DNA from: Tachypleus tridentatus | Taxonomy: Eukaryota | Reading direction: 5' to 3' | NCBI RefSeq assembly: GCF_004210375.1 | Contig: NC_134837.1 | Coordinates: 252,489,964 to 252,553,963, forward strand | Length of the DNA: 64,000 nucleotides | Shown here: positions 12,371-25,950 of the stretch, piece by piece | How the letters are laid out: each line of letters starts with the position of its first letter | Position numbering within the stretch: the stretch's first letter is position 1 | Translations under genes and position numbers: made by a program | Notes under the pieces: model-generated | Databases searched by the model: none | Told to the model about the DNA's origin: nothing | Seen by the model: only the letters and a program-made list of their open reading frames with translations

Positions 12371-13781
12371 TTTTTCCCTATTCTCCAGGGAATGTTTATC
12401 ACTTGAATTGTGCTTTAAATAGTAACTCCAGAATATATTTTTAATTTATAATAAGTACAGTTCATTTCATATTTCATAGGCATTGCAGACTGTGATCAAA
12501 TATATGTATCAAATCTATGAAGTAAACAGAATTCAAAACAAAATAATCAGGCGACACTTACTTAAAAATATGATATGCTAAACATTCGAAGTCTTAAAAA
12601 ATTTCGCAAATCAAACCAACTTATTAAGACAATTCAATAACAGATGGATGATCATAACTGTTACAATTATTGGTGTAAAATAACCTAAGTACTTTAATTC
12701 GTAGGGCTTTTACTTTCTTTGAAGTTGTCTAAAAGACTTTTTCAATCAGGGAAAGAAAATTCATATACTTCTACAAAACATTTCTGTGCAAGAAATAATT
12801 AGATATATCGTTCTTGTCTGACATTTAATGTAATTTAATATAACATCGTATAGATATATAACCAACCGTTTCCAACGTTTCACACCGCTACTACTTGTAT
12901 CTTAATAAAGTGTTCTTATGAATTATTTAGAGGCTGTTTATTCCTTAGCCGGCCCTTTGAGTCGAACATCTTGAGACTTGTTCCAACAGATAATGTTTGT
13001 TTGATCACATTGTTGCTTTCATTAAATTTTCTTGTACAATTAAATCGGTTAAAAATGTCGAGTTTTGTTTTCAATAACTTCTACAATGTTGGCCATTATT
13101 TTTTTATTTTTACTCAAGCACTTTCACTATGTTTTCGATCATGACACTGAACCGTGTATTAAAAAGTACAAGAAGCTGAAAGTTGAAAATTCTCCCCAAA
13201 GCGAGACAACTACACTTACATCTTTAGAAAAGACCAAATATTGCCTTCACATTACCAATGGGTCTACATGGTACTTCTTACTGTAAAAGTAAAGGCTTCG
13301 TGATTAGATATTTCGATTTTGAAATAACAAAACAGAAACCTGTATGTTTTATATCTGTTTTTCTAAATAGAATATTAAAACAAGAAAGTAATTCCAGGAG
13401 GTATGTTCATCAGAAATATCTTGGTTATTACCGTTTTATGAAAATGTTAATTAATATTTCTGTATTTCTAAATTGTAAGAACAGGAAAGCTCCAGAGATC
13501 AGCATGGGCTGACACACCTTACGAACCTCAACAGAGTGATGTTTATTTATATGTCTATCCTATTAAGTAATTAATTGGCTTTATATATATGTAGGAAAGA
13601 AATATAATCTAATCCTTTCCATTAATACTAATTAATTAACACGCCTTATCGTTATCACGGTCAGTAGCCTGTACGATCCCTTAAGTCTAATTATCAGTTA
13701 GTAACTAAGTTTTAATGACTAGATATAAACTACGAAATGGCTCAAATAAAATTGACAATAATTAGAATTCCTTTAGTTATA

Positions 13782-14060
13782 GGCCGGCATGTCCAGGTGG
13801 TTAAGGCAAAAGACTCGTTATCCTAGGGTCGCGGGTTCGAATCCTCGTCACACCAAACATGCTCGCCCTTTCAGCCGTGGCAACGTTATAATGTTACGGT
13901 CAATCCCCCTATTCGTTAGTAAAAGAGTAACCCAAGAGTTGGTGGTGGGTGGTGATGACTAGCTGCCTTCCCTCTAGTCTTACACTGCTAAATTAGGGAC
14001 GGCTAGGACAGATAACCCTCGTGTAGCTTTGCGCGAAATTCAAAACAAAACAAATCAAAC
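13782..14060 (+). mobile_element. SINE-A full-length copy
   Basis: GGCCGGCATGTCCAGGTGGTTAAGGC..GGTTCGAATCCTCGTCACACCAAACATGCTCGCCCTTTCAGCCGTGG..GGTGGTGATGACTAGCTGCCTTCCCTCTAGTCTTACACTGCTAAATTAGGGACGGCTAGGACAGATAACCCTCGTGTAGCTTTGCGCGAAATTCAAAACAAAACAAATCAAACC. Confidence 0.9.
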
Positions 14061-15477
14061 CTTTATTTACTGTTGTTCCAAGTAGTTGTTCATGGACACT
14101 GATGATATTCGTATTATTAGTACGTTTGCCATATCTTAAGCAGCCTGATAAGACTTGGTATCGTGTCAAAGACCTCATCATGCTAGATATAGCAAACACG
14201 GTGCTTTGCTTTCAATCTTGGGCTCTCAGAATAACTACTTTTATTCTACGTTTCTGCCACAGTTTTCATGTTTCTGTTGTAGTGATTAGGCCTTGGATTC
14301 AATCCTGGGTCTTCTTGGTGAAAGTCTGGTGGGTTATCTACTCAACTGGTGTCTTCAAAAATTAGTATCGAGTTATATAACTAGACTCATTAATAATTAG
14401 ACTCTGGCAATCGTACGGGCTACTAATTATGTCCACAACCCTACCTGTCTCGTGTGATTACGTAAAGTTACGTTTCAGTCATACGCATTTTACGTATTTA
14501 CACGTTTAACTGGCATATGCCGTTGAGTTATTTAAAATCTTAATACAATTATTAAAGTGATTTAAAAGAAAATACGTCTATGTTCACACACAACACGAGT
14601 GTATTTGATTATATACAAACGCTTTACGAAATATTTGTAGTTTTGTGTATTGTTAGGCCTATAATCTGTATGCAGTCCATTTTCTGTCGTCTATATAAGA
14701 GTGAATGTACTGAGACACTAGAAACTCTACCACAGCCTGTGAAGAAATAAAATAATTAGAAAAACAACAAATGTGTGTGTTTTTGATAATATTTGCAAAA
14801 ACAATAGTAAAATAAAATTTGAGGAAACATGTATACATCGAAGAATTTCACGACACCCTCTTGATTTTGCAAAACTTATATTTTATATGACAGAAAAATA
14901 TTGCAGAATATACATTTATCTAGTATTTCATAAATTAAGCAAAGTGAATACGGAATTTTTAGTTGCAGGATTAGATATACTTTTAATCATTTTTCAGCAT
15001 AATTTCCTTGCTATTTAATAACGCCTAAATAATGTTGTAACGCTGTTAGAACTTTATGTACGGTTTTAACTTAGGATACTTTAAATGTTTCAATTATTCA
15101 AAGTATTAGAGTAAGATGTATTACAATTTCACTTCTAAATAGTAATAGAGGTCGTATCTGTTTGTTATCTTCTTAGTATTTCATTTACAACAAATAAGGA
15201 AATTCCCTCGTTTCAATGGCGACAACTTACTTAGAAGTGCCAGTAACCGAAAATAAATATTTAAATATGATTACTAAGGGCAGGAAGTAATTAGGATAAA
15301 ACACGTGAATAAAAGAAGTGAATTACACACAAAATATAAAAGCGCAACTTCAGACAGAAGCCTAGAAATCAATTGAAATTTAACTGAAAATGGGAAAATC
15401 ATATCTGGTTAGTTCAATGCTAATATAATTACAATATTATTTAGAAACATAACGCCACATTTGGGTTTAAGTTCGAG

Positions 15478-15580
15478 TGTTGTTTATGTACAAAGCTAAC
15501 CATGAGCTAGCTATCCGTGTTCTGCCTACCACGGGTATTGAAACCCCGATATTTAACATCGTAAGCTTCAACCACTGCGT
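15478..15580 (-). mobile_element. SINE-C copy (reverse)
   Basis: Plus strand reads GTTTATGTACAAAGCTAACCATGAGCTAGCTATCCGTGTTCTGCCTACCACGGGTATTGAAACCCCGAT..AGCTTCAACCACTG, the reverse complement of the SINE-C core. Confidence 0.7.
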
Positions 15581-15764
15581 AAAAAAGAGTGCTGTGTTCA
15601 AACATAAGAATCAATACAAAAACTTGAAAGTTATAATAAAGAAGTAATTAAATAAATATATACAAACACTCTTTAAATTGTAATTAATATTTATTTAATT
15701 GCTTATTTGCTTCGACATAAAGTTATATTGTTTTATTTCGTGTGTCTATTCTACTTCACGACAC

Positions 15765-15895
15765 TTTCCCCTGGTGGCTCACCAGTAAATATGATGAGTA
15801 CTTGTCACGCAAAAAATCAGGTTTCTATACCCGCGGTGGGCATAGCATAGTTAATCCAATCTGTAGCTTTGTGCTGCAAATAAACAAGTAAACAC
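15765..15895 (+). mobile_element. SINE-C copy, diverged
   Basis: CCCCTGGTGGCTCACCAGTAAATATGATGAG..CAGGTTTCTATACCCGCGGTGGGCATAGCATAGTTAATCCAATCTGTAGCTTTGTGCTGCAAATAAACAAG. Confidence 0.55.
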
Positions 15896-16023
15896 TACGG
15901 CACTTAATATCTAACTTACTACCTGTATATTGGATATCATGGAATATTGTCCTCAGATCAAATATCACAAATAGACAATGAAAAACTCAAGAACTGAGTA
16001 AGCGTCATAGAAGAAAAAAAAAG

Positions 16024-16260
16024 CCATTAAATAAAACATAATATCGTTGTTGCTTTTGTGGCCTGTACTGTAAGGGAGCCACAAAAGAAACTTGTAAGAA
16101 CCATTAAATAAAACATAATATCGTTGTTGTTATTGTAACCTGTAGTGTACTGGAGCCACAAAAGGAACTTGTAAGAACCATTAAATAAAACATAATATCT
16201 TTGTTGTTATTGTGACCGGTACTGTACGGGAGCCACAAAAGGAACTTGTAAAAACCATAT
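16024..16260. repeat. 77-bp tandem repeat, 3 copies
   Basis: CCATTAAATAAAACATAATATCGTTGTTG..TGTAACCTGTAGTGTACTGGAGCCACAAAAGGAACTTGTAAGAA repeated at 16024, 16101 and 16178. Confidence 0.9.
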
Positions 16261-16859
16261 GCACATAATACTGCTTCATTTCGAAACCTTTTCTTAAGGG
16301 CGGTTTCTTAGTTATGGATCTTCGATGAGTGTTTGTTAAGGTTTTTTAGACTTTGAGAATACAAGGAACTACATTAGGTCATTTGTGGATTTCCTCATTG
16401 AAGGCTATGGCCCACAGACACACAAGATTTTGTCCCAGTGATAGTTTGAAAAAGGTTTCGGTTTTGATATTGTTTCAAATATCAGAACCACTGGACAAAA
16501 TGTCTTGAAACTTCTATTTACAGTCACACCGTGTATTCTTGTTTGTCAGCATCAGGACCGCCACATTGTGGAAATGGAAAAAAAGCTGCACGATGCTTGA
16601 TTGAATATTTTTATAATAAAATCACACTGTGCTACCTGTTGTGTCGTCCATGAGGAATTTAACCCTGGATTTTAGATTTGTACGTCCGTTAACATACCGC
16701 TATGTCACTAGTGGACACAATGCTTGTTAAGAACAGAAACTGTGAATAAGGTTTCTTATATTATTTTAAATTGAACTAAGATTTACACTTTAAAATTACA
16801 CTTTAAGAAAACTTTAAGATTCACTTTCTAAAATAAATCATAGCACGTTTCCTAGCTAC

Positions 16860-17960
16860 AACCCGTAGCTACACAAGACCATTGATTGTTCTGGAGACTA
16901 CAGCTACACAAGACTAATGATCGTACTGAAAACCACAGCTACACAAGACTACTTATTGCACAACAGCCCACAACTACACAAGACTAGTGATTGTACTACA
17001 GACTACAGCTGCACAAGATTACTGATTATACGACAGACTACAGCTAAATAAGACTAGTGATTCTACTACAGACTACAGCTGCACAAGATCACTGATTTTA
17101 CTACAGTTCACAGCTACACAAGACTACTGATTGTACTTCAGACTACAGCTACACAAGACTACTGATTGTACTACAGACTACAGCTAAATAAGACTAATGA
17201 TTGTACTTCCGACTACTGCTACACAAGACTACTGATTATACTACAGACCACAGCTACACAAGACTACTGATTGTACTTCTGACTACAACTACAAAAAACC
17301 AGTGATTGTACTACAGACTACAACAACACAAAACTACTGATTGTGCAAGACTAATAATTGTACTACAGCCCATAGCTACACAAGGCCACTAATTGTACTA
17401 CAGATTACAGGTGCATAAGACCACTGATTGTACTACAGACTACAGCTACACAAGACTAATGATTGTACTACAGCCCACAGCTACACAAAACCACTTATTA
17501 TACTAGAGACTACAGCTATACAAGATTACTGGTTGTACTACAGCCCACAGCTACACAAAACCATTGATTGTATTACAGATTACAGTTACACAAAACCAGT
17601 GATTGTATGTACTACAGACCACAGCTAAATAAGACTGCTGGTTGTACTACAGACTACAGGTACACAAGACCACAAATTAGACTACAGCTACACAAGACTA
17701 GTGATTGTACCACAGACTGCAGCTACACAAGACTAGTGATTGTACCACAGACTGCAGCTACACAAGACCAGTGATTGTACTACATATTACAGTTAAATAA
17801 GACTAGTGACTGTACTTCAGACTGCAGCTACACAAGACTAGCGGATGTACTACAGATTACAGCAAAACAAGACTACGAATTATACTACAGACTACAACTA
17901 CATAAAACAAGTGAATGTACTACAGACCACAGCAACACAAGATCACTGATCGAACTATAA
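16860..17960. repeat. 35-bp minisatellite, about 31 copies (1.1 kb)
   Basis: Unit ~CTACAGCTACACAAGACTACTGATTGTACTACAGA with many variants. ORFs 17428-17960 are repeat artefacts. Confidence 0.95.
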
Positions 17961-18968
17961 TTCACAAGACTTGTGATTTTATAAGAGATAATTTTCGATT
18001 TCTTCCGGTAACATTAATTAATGTAAGTAAAACAAAACTATATTTGTAACCAAAACAATAACAGTTTATATGCTTGGTCATGCATGTTGATTATAAGATA
18101 ATTAAATGTGAATATAACTGACAAATTAAATGAGCGAAACCTGCAATTAATATAAGTTATTCTAACCTACAGAACTGCAATGAAAATATGAATTTTTATG
18201 ACGCATCGCCTCTGTTGAAGTGGCTAGACCCATCCGTGACAAATTTAAAAACAACAGAGGTTCTTAAGAATCGTTCTACACCAGTTTGAGAAAGTCACTT
18301 TTGAACGTCATTTCCTGGATCATTAGAACTGTCATAATACCACGTGATCTATCGGTCGTTTCAAATGCACAGTGTTGTGCTTTTAACATCACCCCAATAT
18401 TGTCTACCACTGTTCATTAAATCTCACGCTGATGTACAGTAGAGATCTAGGGTTTTACTCTTTTACCAACATTTTATTAATTACATATCATTTATCATCC
18501 AGTAAATGATAGCAAATATTCATATACATACATATATGTTCAGTAATAGATTTGAATTTCCACTACTTCAAAGAAAAACAACATAAAACATCTTGAAAGA
18601 TACATCATAGAGAGTTGGTTCTACGAAGATTTCAACCTACGATTTTATAGTAACGGTAATTAATTCTGTTTGGGACGAGTAAGAGTAAACGTATTATCAC
18701 GTATTGTATTTTGTTAAGTGTATTTCATATAAAAAAATACACGTTATAATTTAGTGGGCAATGGTATTTGAATGTTTTGTGTACCTGTCTTAATATAAAA
18801 TATTTTTCACATAAAAAATTAATTTATCCGTGTGTTTAATTCTTTTGTTGGATTTCGCACAATATTGTACGAGAGAATTATCACCTCTAGTCAGTTTTTT
18901 ATTTTGAATGATGGATTACAGGAAACATAGTTACTGAAAAGCAGGCAGAATCAGCTCTTGCCAGACTT

Positions 18969-19235
18969 GTTTGTTTGTTTTGGAATTTCGCACAAAGCTA
19001 CTCGAGGGTTATCTGTGCTAGCCGTCTCTAGTGTAAGACTAGAGGGAAGGCAGCTAGTCATCACCACCCACCGCCAACTCTTGGGCTACTCTTTTACCAA
19101 CGAATAGTAGGATTGAACATCACATTATAACGCCCCCACGGCTGGGAGGGCGAGCATGTTTAGCGCGACGCGGGCTCGAACCCGCGACCCTCGGATTACG
19201 AGTCGCATGCCTTACGCGCTAGGCCATGCCGGGCC
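18969..19235 (-). mobile_element. SINE-A near-full-length copy (reverse) with a small internal deletion
   Basis: Plus strand reads GTTTGTTTGTTTTGGAATTTCGCACAAAGCTACTCGAGGGTTATCTGTGCTAGCCGTC..AGAGGGAAGGCAGCTAGTCATCACCACCCACCGCCAACTCTTGGGCTACTCTTTTACCAACGAATAG..GGATTCGAACCCGCGACCCTCGGATTACGAGTCGCATGCCTTACGCGCTAGGCCATGCCGGGCC. Confidence 0.9.
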
Positions 19236-22029
19236 TCTTGCCAGACAGAACAATTAGATATTTGCTTTACCTTAACAGGCTGCAAAACCTTCACCACTAA
19301 AAAAAGAATTAGTTTTAAGAAAACAAAGTACCTTATAAATAGGTAGTGATAAATAGAATCACTAAATTGTGTATTTTATACTTGTGGAAGCTTTCTGCGA
19401 TATACACTTTATATACACATAGAAGGTAAATTTCACTTTGATTTCATAGAAGCAAAGAAACCGGAGTGTACCAGAACCAAGCAGCGTGTGAATGCGTTGT
19501 GAGTACAAAGGTCTGTGCAAGTTTAATACAACAAGTTAGTTCTAGTACGTAAATACGTATAACGTTCTATAGCAGTGGTTCTCAAACTTTTCAGACTTGT
19601 AAACCTTTTGTTCAGACTTCCTTCTTTTTAAAGTAGAAATGCAGGCCTAATTTTAAAAAACGGCTAGAAGTAACAATTAATATTTTCAACATTTACTTGT
19701 TGATGGGAAAGGTGTGATTGTTTGTCAAAAATATATTTTGAGATTCATGTTAATTTGAAAGGAATAAATCACTGGTGAACCTTCACAGGAAGTCGACGAA
19801 TCAAAAGCGAAAAAGAGTATTGTTTGTATTTACGCGGGTAGCTCATAATTTTTACTGTAATGTACCACAGACGTTAGCTCCATCTACCAGCAATTGTAGT
19901 AATATCACAGTTAGAGAATTACTCTGTTGATTGATATTTTTCTTCATTGAGCTACGAATTCTGAAGAAATGCAATTTTCTCAAACTTGAATTGCAGGTGG
20001 GCGTGGCGTAGAGTTTTTATTTAGTGAAAGTAAACATTATTCAAATTTGAATTTAAAATGTTTTTAGAATGTGAAAGGTATTGAAAAATTATTCTAATTT
20101 AGAGACATTTTGCTTATTAGAAAACATTAATGCACTTTTTTTTTTCAAAGCACGCGGTTTTTATGTTTTTGATAAATTTAAGAGCGTCACTAAATGACAC
20201 AATCGTGTTTCATGTATAGAGCTTTCGAACTCCAGCATTTTTCGGAAACACAAAGTTATGGAATACTGTACATTGCTTTTATTATACTCAATAGAAATTT
20301 TAAAAACTGTAATTAAAAAGTTAAAAAAACTTATATTTTTATTGTTATGTATTGGAACTATTTGACGATGGGTAGGAATACAATATGCACAATAACTTTC
20401 GAAACCTATTTAATCAAAGATATACAAAGATTATTGAGCGCATATTGTACACCTTTTTGAAATTTTCTTTATTTGGTAGCTGATAACAAAAAAATGTGAT
20501 AATTCCGAGAAAGAAAATTTCAAAAAGGTGTACACAAAACAAACAAAAAATATTTCGGTTTACCATAAGTTGATATTAATCTCATTTATCAACTACGTTG
20601 CTCATTTCCAAGCAGAAAATAGAAACTTTAGTACATTCTAGGGATTGTCATCAGGAACTTGAAAGTGATATGGTATTAGGTTCTCGCGTGCTGAAAAGAA
20701 ATAACTATATTATAGTTTTTAGTCGTTTAAAACCCTGTTTGGGAATTCAAGTTTTAGGAAAGCTTTTAATGCAATTAAAAAGTAAGGTAAAAATCTTCAA
20801 AATGACTGATTATCTAATTTTCACTTTGTCATGGCGGTAATACATAGTTCAAAATCACTGGCATTGTGTTGTTCTAGTTGCTTTGATCTTTTTTTTTTTT
20901 GGTATGTGACATTCATCTAGCTACTAAAGCTCTTTCTGTGTTATTTACAGGCCTAGGATTGAATGAGTTGAAACTTGAATATAATATGTTGGCAGATTAT
21001 GACGTTGACTGTCGGGAAGCACAGTTGAAGGTGTGATGACATTCACTGAACAAAGAAAGCGAGTTGACATTTTGAACCCGACGCACTTTCTTAGTTCAGT
21101 TTTCATTAGTCAACCAACAAATAATGACATGCTCATTTTTTGAAAGATCTTGAGAGAAAGAGACACCAACTATCCCAAAAAAATAATAAAGGCACGCACT
21201 GGTTTTTATTTTATTGTTAAAAAACTTTGTTTGTTAAAACCGTGTCCATCTTTGTTATTTATACACTAAAGAAAACACTCAGTTTAATTATCTCTATCAT
21301 AAACACCCTCGTAAAATTCCTGGGAGTATTTTGCTGTTATTATAAAATAATTTAGTTGATATTTGTCGTTAAATTTACCCCATACGTAAATGTAAAAAAA
21401 TGTAATTTAAAAATTACACTCGGATTTAGAATTGAAAAAGTTTTATAGCTCCTCTACTTTATTGGTAGAAATGTAATCGCATGTACTATATTTTGTTCCA
21501 GTGTATTAGTATTATAAATATAAAAATCTAGAACAACCGCTAGTTTAAACTCTCAGTGAGATACTTAGAAAAAGTATTATAAATCATGCCTTCGTATAAA
21601 GGGTAGAAACGCAAAATTATGTCATTCATTTATCTTATATTTCGTTGTTTTACAGTTCTTTGACGACATAATGTCTTTAGCATTCTTATTAATATTCTGT
21701 GAATCGTAGGAGATATAAAGACCATTTAAACTGAGTCTCCGACCGTAATAATCTACGTTCTTAGCTTTTGAAAGAAACGTTTGGTGGATGCTGCTCTTGC
21801 TGTTTATTATGGAATTCAAAGTTTGAGATAACTGCGTATAGGTTACATTTTGAGAGAACAATATTCAAATGAAAATGTTAGTTATTATTAACTCAGCTCT
21901 ACACCAGAAAATAGTTTTACTTTTTTGTTGAAAATGTAAGTTATTTATTTCAAGGTTTTCATCTAAAATTAGCAGTTTTAATGATAATTATTTAGTTTTG
22001 TTACTTCATAATATATTTATTGTTTGTTT

Positions 22030-22140
22030 ATTTCTGTAAAACATAAAGCTATGCAGTGGGCTGTCTGCGCTATGCCTGCCGCAGGTATCGGAACCCAATT
22101 TTTAGTGTTTTAAGCTCAGACGTACCGATGAGCCACTGAC
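22030..22140 (-). mobile_element. SINE-C copy (reverse)
   Basis: AAAGCTATGCAGTGGGCTGTCTGCGCTATGCCTGCCGCAGGTATCGGAACCCAATTTTTAGTGTTTTAAGCTCAGACGTACCGATGAGCCACTG. Confidence 0.7.
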
Positions 22141-22159
22141 AAGAAAAATTGTTAGAAAA

Positions 22160-22265
22160 AGGGTTTTCGATACTGGTGGTGGACAGAGCACAGATAGCCC
22201 ATTATGTAGCTTTGTGGACAGAGCACAGATAGCCCATTATGTAGCTTTGTGCCAAACAAAAGCAA
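22160..22265 (+). mobile_element. SINE-C 3' half with an internal 34-bp tandem duplication, head-to-head with the previous copy
   Basis: GGTTTTCGATACTGGTGGTGGACAGAGCACAGATAGCCCATTATGTAGCTTTGTG appears twice in tandem. Confidence 0.7.
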
Positions 22266-22448
22266 CGTTGTCACTTAGTTATAAAACTGTTTTAATATTT
22301 GTTTCATGTAACATGTTTCCTTTCATGAGTCAGTGTTTTTAATTTTACAATATTTTGGTTGTGAGATGGTGAGATTTTACCAACAACTGGAAAGAGGCTT
22401 TGGCCAACATGTGAGTTGAGAATTACTAAGAGTTTTATGCGACACATA

Positions 22449-22570
22449 CCCCGGCATAGCCAAGCGTGTTAAGGCGTGCGACTCGTAATCCCAAGAGTTA
22501 GCGGTGGGTGGTGATGACTACCTGCCTTCCCTCTAGTAGCTTTGTGCGAAATTCCAAAACACAAACAAAC
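22449..22570 (+). mobile_element. SINE-A copy with a ~160-bp internal deletion (GCCAAGCG subfamily)
   Basis: CCCCGGCATAGCCAAGCGTGTTAAGGCGTGCGACTCGTAATC // CCAAGAGTTAGCGGTGGGTGGTGATGACTACCTGCCTTCCCTCTAGTAGCTTTGTGCGAAATTCCAAAACACAAACAAAC. Confidence 0.75.
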
Positions 22571-23066
22571 TTTAACTGTATTAAAAAAAAAGAATCGCCG
22601 AAAATTCCTTAATTAAAAGCTATCTAAATTCGCCCCTACCAAAAATACTTCAAGTTAAATAGCTTTCTGACCATCCCTGTCAGAAAAGTAAGGGAAATCG
22701 AGGTTCTGGGGTGATGTAGGCGTTATTGACCAACTGCTGTCACCGCAAGACATATTTTCATGTGATGCCTGCTTTTTCAAACTGTTAATTTAGTATTAAG
22801 TTACTTATTTATAAATTCCTGTTTTCAACATGTATATCTCTCATCTTAATTTTAAGATAGATATTTTAAAACTTTGAAAACAAAAAAAAATTAATGGAAC
22901 AAAGGGTTATAGTTTATTGCGATTTGAAGTTACCAAACAATGAGAGATTGGATAATCTGAAGTGTTCTGTTTTGGATATATTTTAACATGTAAAAAAATG
23001 GGTAACTTAATGATACAAATTGAATTGTTATATATTTTTTAAGTTTTTTAAGTTATAATTTTTTTT

Positions 23067-23310
23067 TTAATTTCGCGCAAAGCTACAGTAGGGCTATCTG
23101 CGCTAGCCGTCCCTAGCAGCGTAAGATCAGAGGGAAGGCAGCTAGTCTTCAGCACCCACCATCAACACTTGGGCTACTCTTTTACCAACGAATAATGGGA
23201 TTGACCGTCACTTTATAACGCCCCAACGGCTGAAAAGGCGAACATGTTGAGTTCGACGGGGATTCGAACGCGCGACTCTCAAATTACGAGTCGAGCTCGT
23301 TAACTACCTG
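23067..23310 (-). mobile_element. SINE-A copy (reverse), near full length
   Basis: TTTAATTTCGCGCAAAGCTACAGTAGGGCTATCTGCGCTAGCCGTCCCTAGCAGCGTAAGATCAGAGGGAAGGCAGCTAGTC..GGGATTCGAACGCGCGACTCTCAAATTACGAGTCGAGCTCGTTAACTACCTG. Confidence 0.85.
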
Positions 23311-24067
23311 AACAATGTTAAGTGTTATGTGCTTATACAGTGGTATGTTATCAGTGAGCTAAAAACCATCTTAATTTAGTTCAATCACAATTTTACAATT
23401 AAACCATAATGACAAAAATGTTCAGTTGCGACTTTAAGAGTAAAAACAAAATTCTGATAAACAGTAGAAAATTGACGTTTACCACGTAACATTTCAATGT
23501 GAAATCCAAGTTTCGTCTAAAACAGTAGAAAAGAAAACATTTACTTACTTACATCACCAACGTAGTAATAAATAGAACTTATCTTTATTTTTTCCAGTTG
23601 ACGTGTTGTCCCTGAAACGGTGGGATGTTCCTCGTACTTGAAAGATCGTTAAAAGTTTTTCAGAGGGAAAAATGATGTCCATAAATTTGTGATTTATTCG
23701 TACTCGTATGGTTGAAGTATCATTCAAGGAACATTAAGTTAACTTACACTGAGGGAAAAAAATATTAACATTCTTTCTTATTATTGATTTCAGTTTTCAA
23801 CCGACTAGAACGCTATGCTCCATAATGTTGGCCAGATCAATGTACTGCATAAAATTAATTGATTAATTCTAACAGATTTAAATGATTTTGCTAAGCACAG
23901 CGCATCATTTTCAAATGAGAATGAAAACATAAATATTTCAAATGATTGACCAAATCTACTTCCTTAATATATCGAATCTAATGCTGATGTTGTAAATGGT
24001 TGTTTAGGCAGAAAATAAAGGATTTATGTTCTAATGAAATAAAGGTTTGTTTTTCGTGTTTTTTTTT

Positions 24068-24232
24068 TAATTTCGCGCAAAGCTACACAAGGGCTATCTG
24101 CGCTAGCCGTCCCTAATTTAGCAGTGTAAGACTAGAGGGAAGGCAGCTGGTCTTCAGCACCCACCACCAACTATTGGGCTATTCTTTTACCAACAAATAG
24201 TGGGATTGACTGTCACATTATAACGTCTCCAA
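24068..24232 (-). mobile_element. SINE-A copy (reverse), tRNA-head truncated
   Basis: TTTAATTTCGCGCAAAGCTACACAAGGGCTATCTGCGCTAGCCGTCCCTAATTTAGCAGTGTAAGACTAGAGGGAAGGCAGCTGGTCTTCAGCACCCACCACCAACTATTGGGCTATTCTTTTACCAACAAATAGTGGGATTGACTGTCACATTATAACG. Confidence 0.85.
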
Positions 24233-24480
24233 GACATTAATAGAGGACTTGTGTTCTAATGAAATAAATATTGCGCAGAATTATTTATAAGCTACATTAT
24301 TGGCTTTTTATAAAAATTAAATAAAGTTTTAAATTATTATTTGCTCACATGTTTAAGTTAACACTACATTAAATGTCTTTTACAACTTTTGTTTTTTTCT
24401 TTACTGAAACATCGAAATTAAACTAACGTAATTTGACAGTTTTGTATTGTTTTGGATATCCGCCTGTAGCTGTATAAAGA

Positions 24481-24615
24481 GCTATAAATATGCGCAAAAC
24501 TGTCTATAATTTTGGACTGATAAATTAGAGGGAAGTTAGTCAACACCACCTACCGCCAACTGCTGGTCTACTTTTCTTTGATAAAATAGTGAGACTTAAG
24601 CGTCACTTTTATTGC
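24481..24615 (-). mobile_element. SINE-A fragment (reverse), highly degenerate
   Basis: ..AATTAGAGGGAAGTTAGTCAACACCACCTACCGCCAACTGCTGGTCTACTTTTCTTTGATAAAATAGTGAGACTTAAGCGTCAC.. Confidence 0.5.
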
Positions 24616-25614
24616 GTATATACGTAAACTCTTTACCTCTTATTCCGGTATGCTAACCACTAAACCACATTCCATTTATTTTCAAAAAGTAAATAAAAAG
24701 TGTAGGTTTGAGAGAGAGAGAGAGTCAAACGTACCCAGTTTGCTGTGATCAAAAAACACCTCTGAAATAAGGTGTGAAAAATAGCTGAGCCAAAACGTTT
24801 TTAGTAAAAATACAATAAAAGTCCTCACCATACAATCATTTAAAAACCAACAGGCCAGTTACATCTGGAATAACTTAAAGCAACGAATCTAATTTATATT
24901 TAGAGTTTCAAGAAAAAAACGCTTGTTTCATGTCATAAGGAAAACACCAGAGAAGAAGAAAAATAACATGTAAAGGGTAAAGAAACTTGTTAAATGTTGG
25001 AGAGAAATATTATTCAAACTATAGAAATATATATACATACAAACTCAGGAGAATAATATACAGTTCTATGGAGAATTCATTTGTAAATCGACCAATTCCC
25101 AAATATCAAAAGCTCAGCGTGATAAACTGATCAACGACTGTTGAAAGCGAGTGTTACGTGAACACCACGTGAAAAGTGAAAATTGACAAACGGTCGCCAA
25201 AATAATTATAATCGTATACGGGAAGCCGCACGTGATAGCCAATAAATATAATGCACGGTATTATTTGTATTGCTTTTATACACTATAGAGGAAAATTAGT
25301 GAGTAAATGAATTTGTTGTTTGTTTTTGCTTTGTTTTCCTTATAAGATCGAAATTGGTGAGTCTTATTATTGAATCTGAGATAATATACAGTGCATTTTT
25401 TAACATTTATTATTTATAGTTACTATTATGTATAAAACGTACGAACGTATTACATTGGTCTATAACAAGGCCATTAAGTCTATAAAATATGTCGTAAACA
25501 AAAGACTATATCGAGCATTGCTTATAATTTAAACGTATTCGCAATATCTTAATATAGAGGTAATTCAATGAGACACACGGTTCACCTAATAAAGTGATAT
25601 ATTTATGTCGAATG

Positions 25615-25720
25615 TGAGTGTTTTTCTTATAGCAAAGCCATATCAAGCTATCTGCTGAGTCCACTGAGAGGAATTGAACTCCTAATTTTAGAGCTGTAAG
25701 TCTGTAGACTTACAGCGAAT
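25615..25720 (-). mobile_element. SINE-B copy (reverse)
   Basis: TTTTTCTTATAGCAAAGCCATATCAAGCTATCTGCTGAGTCCACTGAGAGGAATTGAACTCCTAATTTTAGAGCTGTAAGTCTGTAGACTTACAGCG. Confidence 0.8.
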
Positions 25721-25950
25721 AATTAAACCAATTTGAATAAGCGAAATAAACTATGAAAACTTCATATTTCAAAACTCAACTTTTAACAACCGATTTAACT
25801 GGCGAGATATGATTTTGATAAAAGCGTAAGAACAAAGTGATAAGATATTATATTATATAATATTATATTATATTATGCTATTTTACAAACTAAAAAAAAG
25901 AAAGAAAATGAGAGAATAAAACTACAATAATTGAAACTTTTACTTTTCCC

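Noticed and set aside
13065-15018. Scattered 73-87-aa ORFs in AT-rich intergenic DNA (13065-13512, 14102-14365, 14773-15018)
   Set aside because: They have no domain motifs, low-complexity composition and no flanking splice or poly(A) logic. They are consistent with chance ORFs in about 35% GC sequence.
17428-17960. ORFs of 61-68 aa inside the 35-bp minisatellite
   Set aside because: These are periodic translations of the tandem repeat and have no coding signal.
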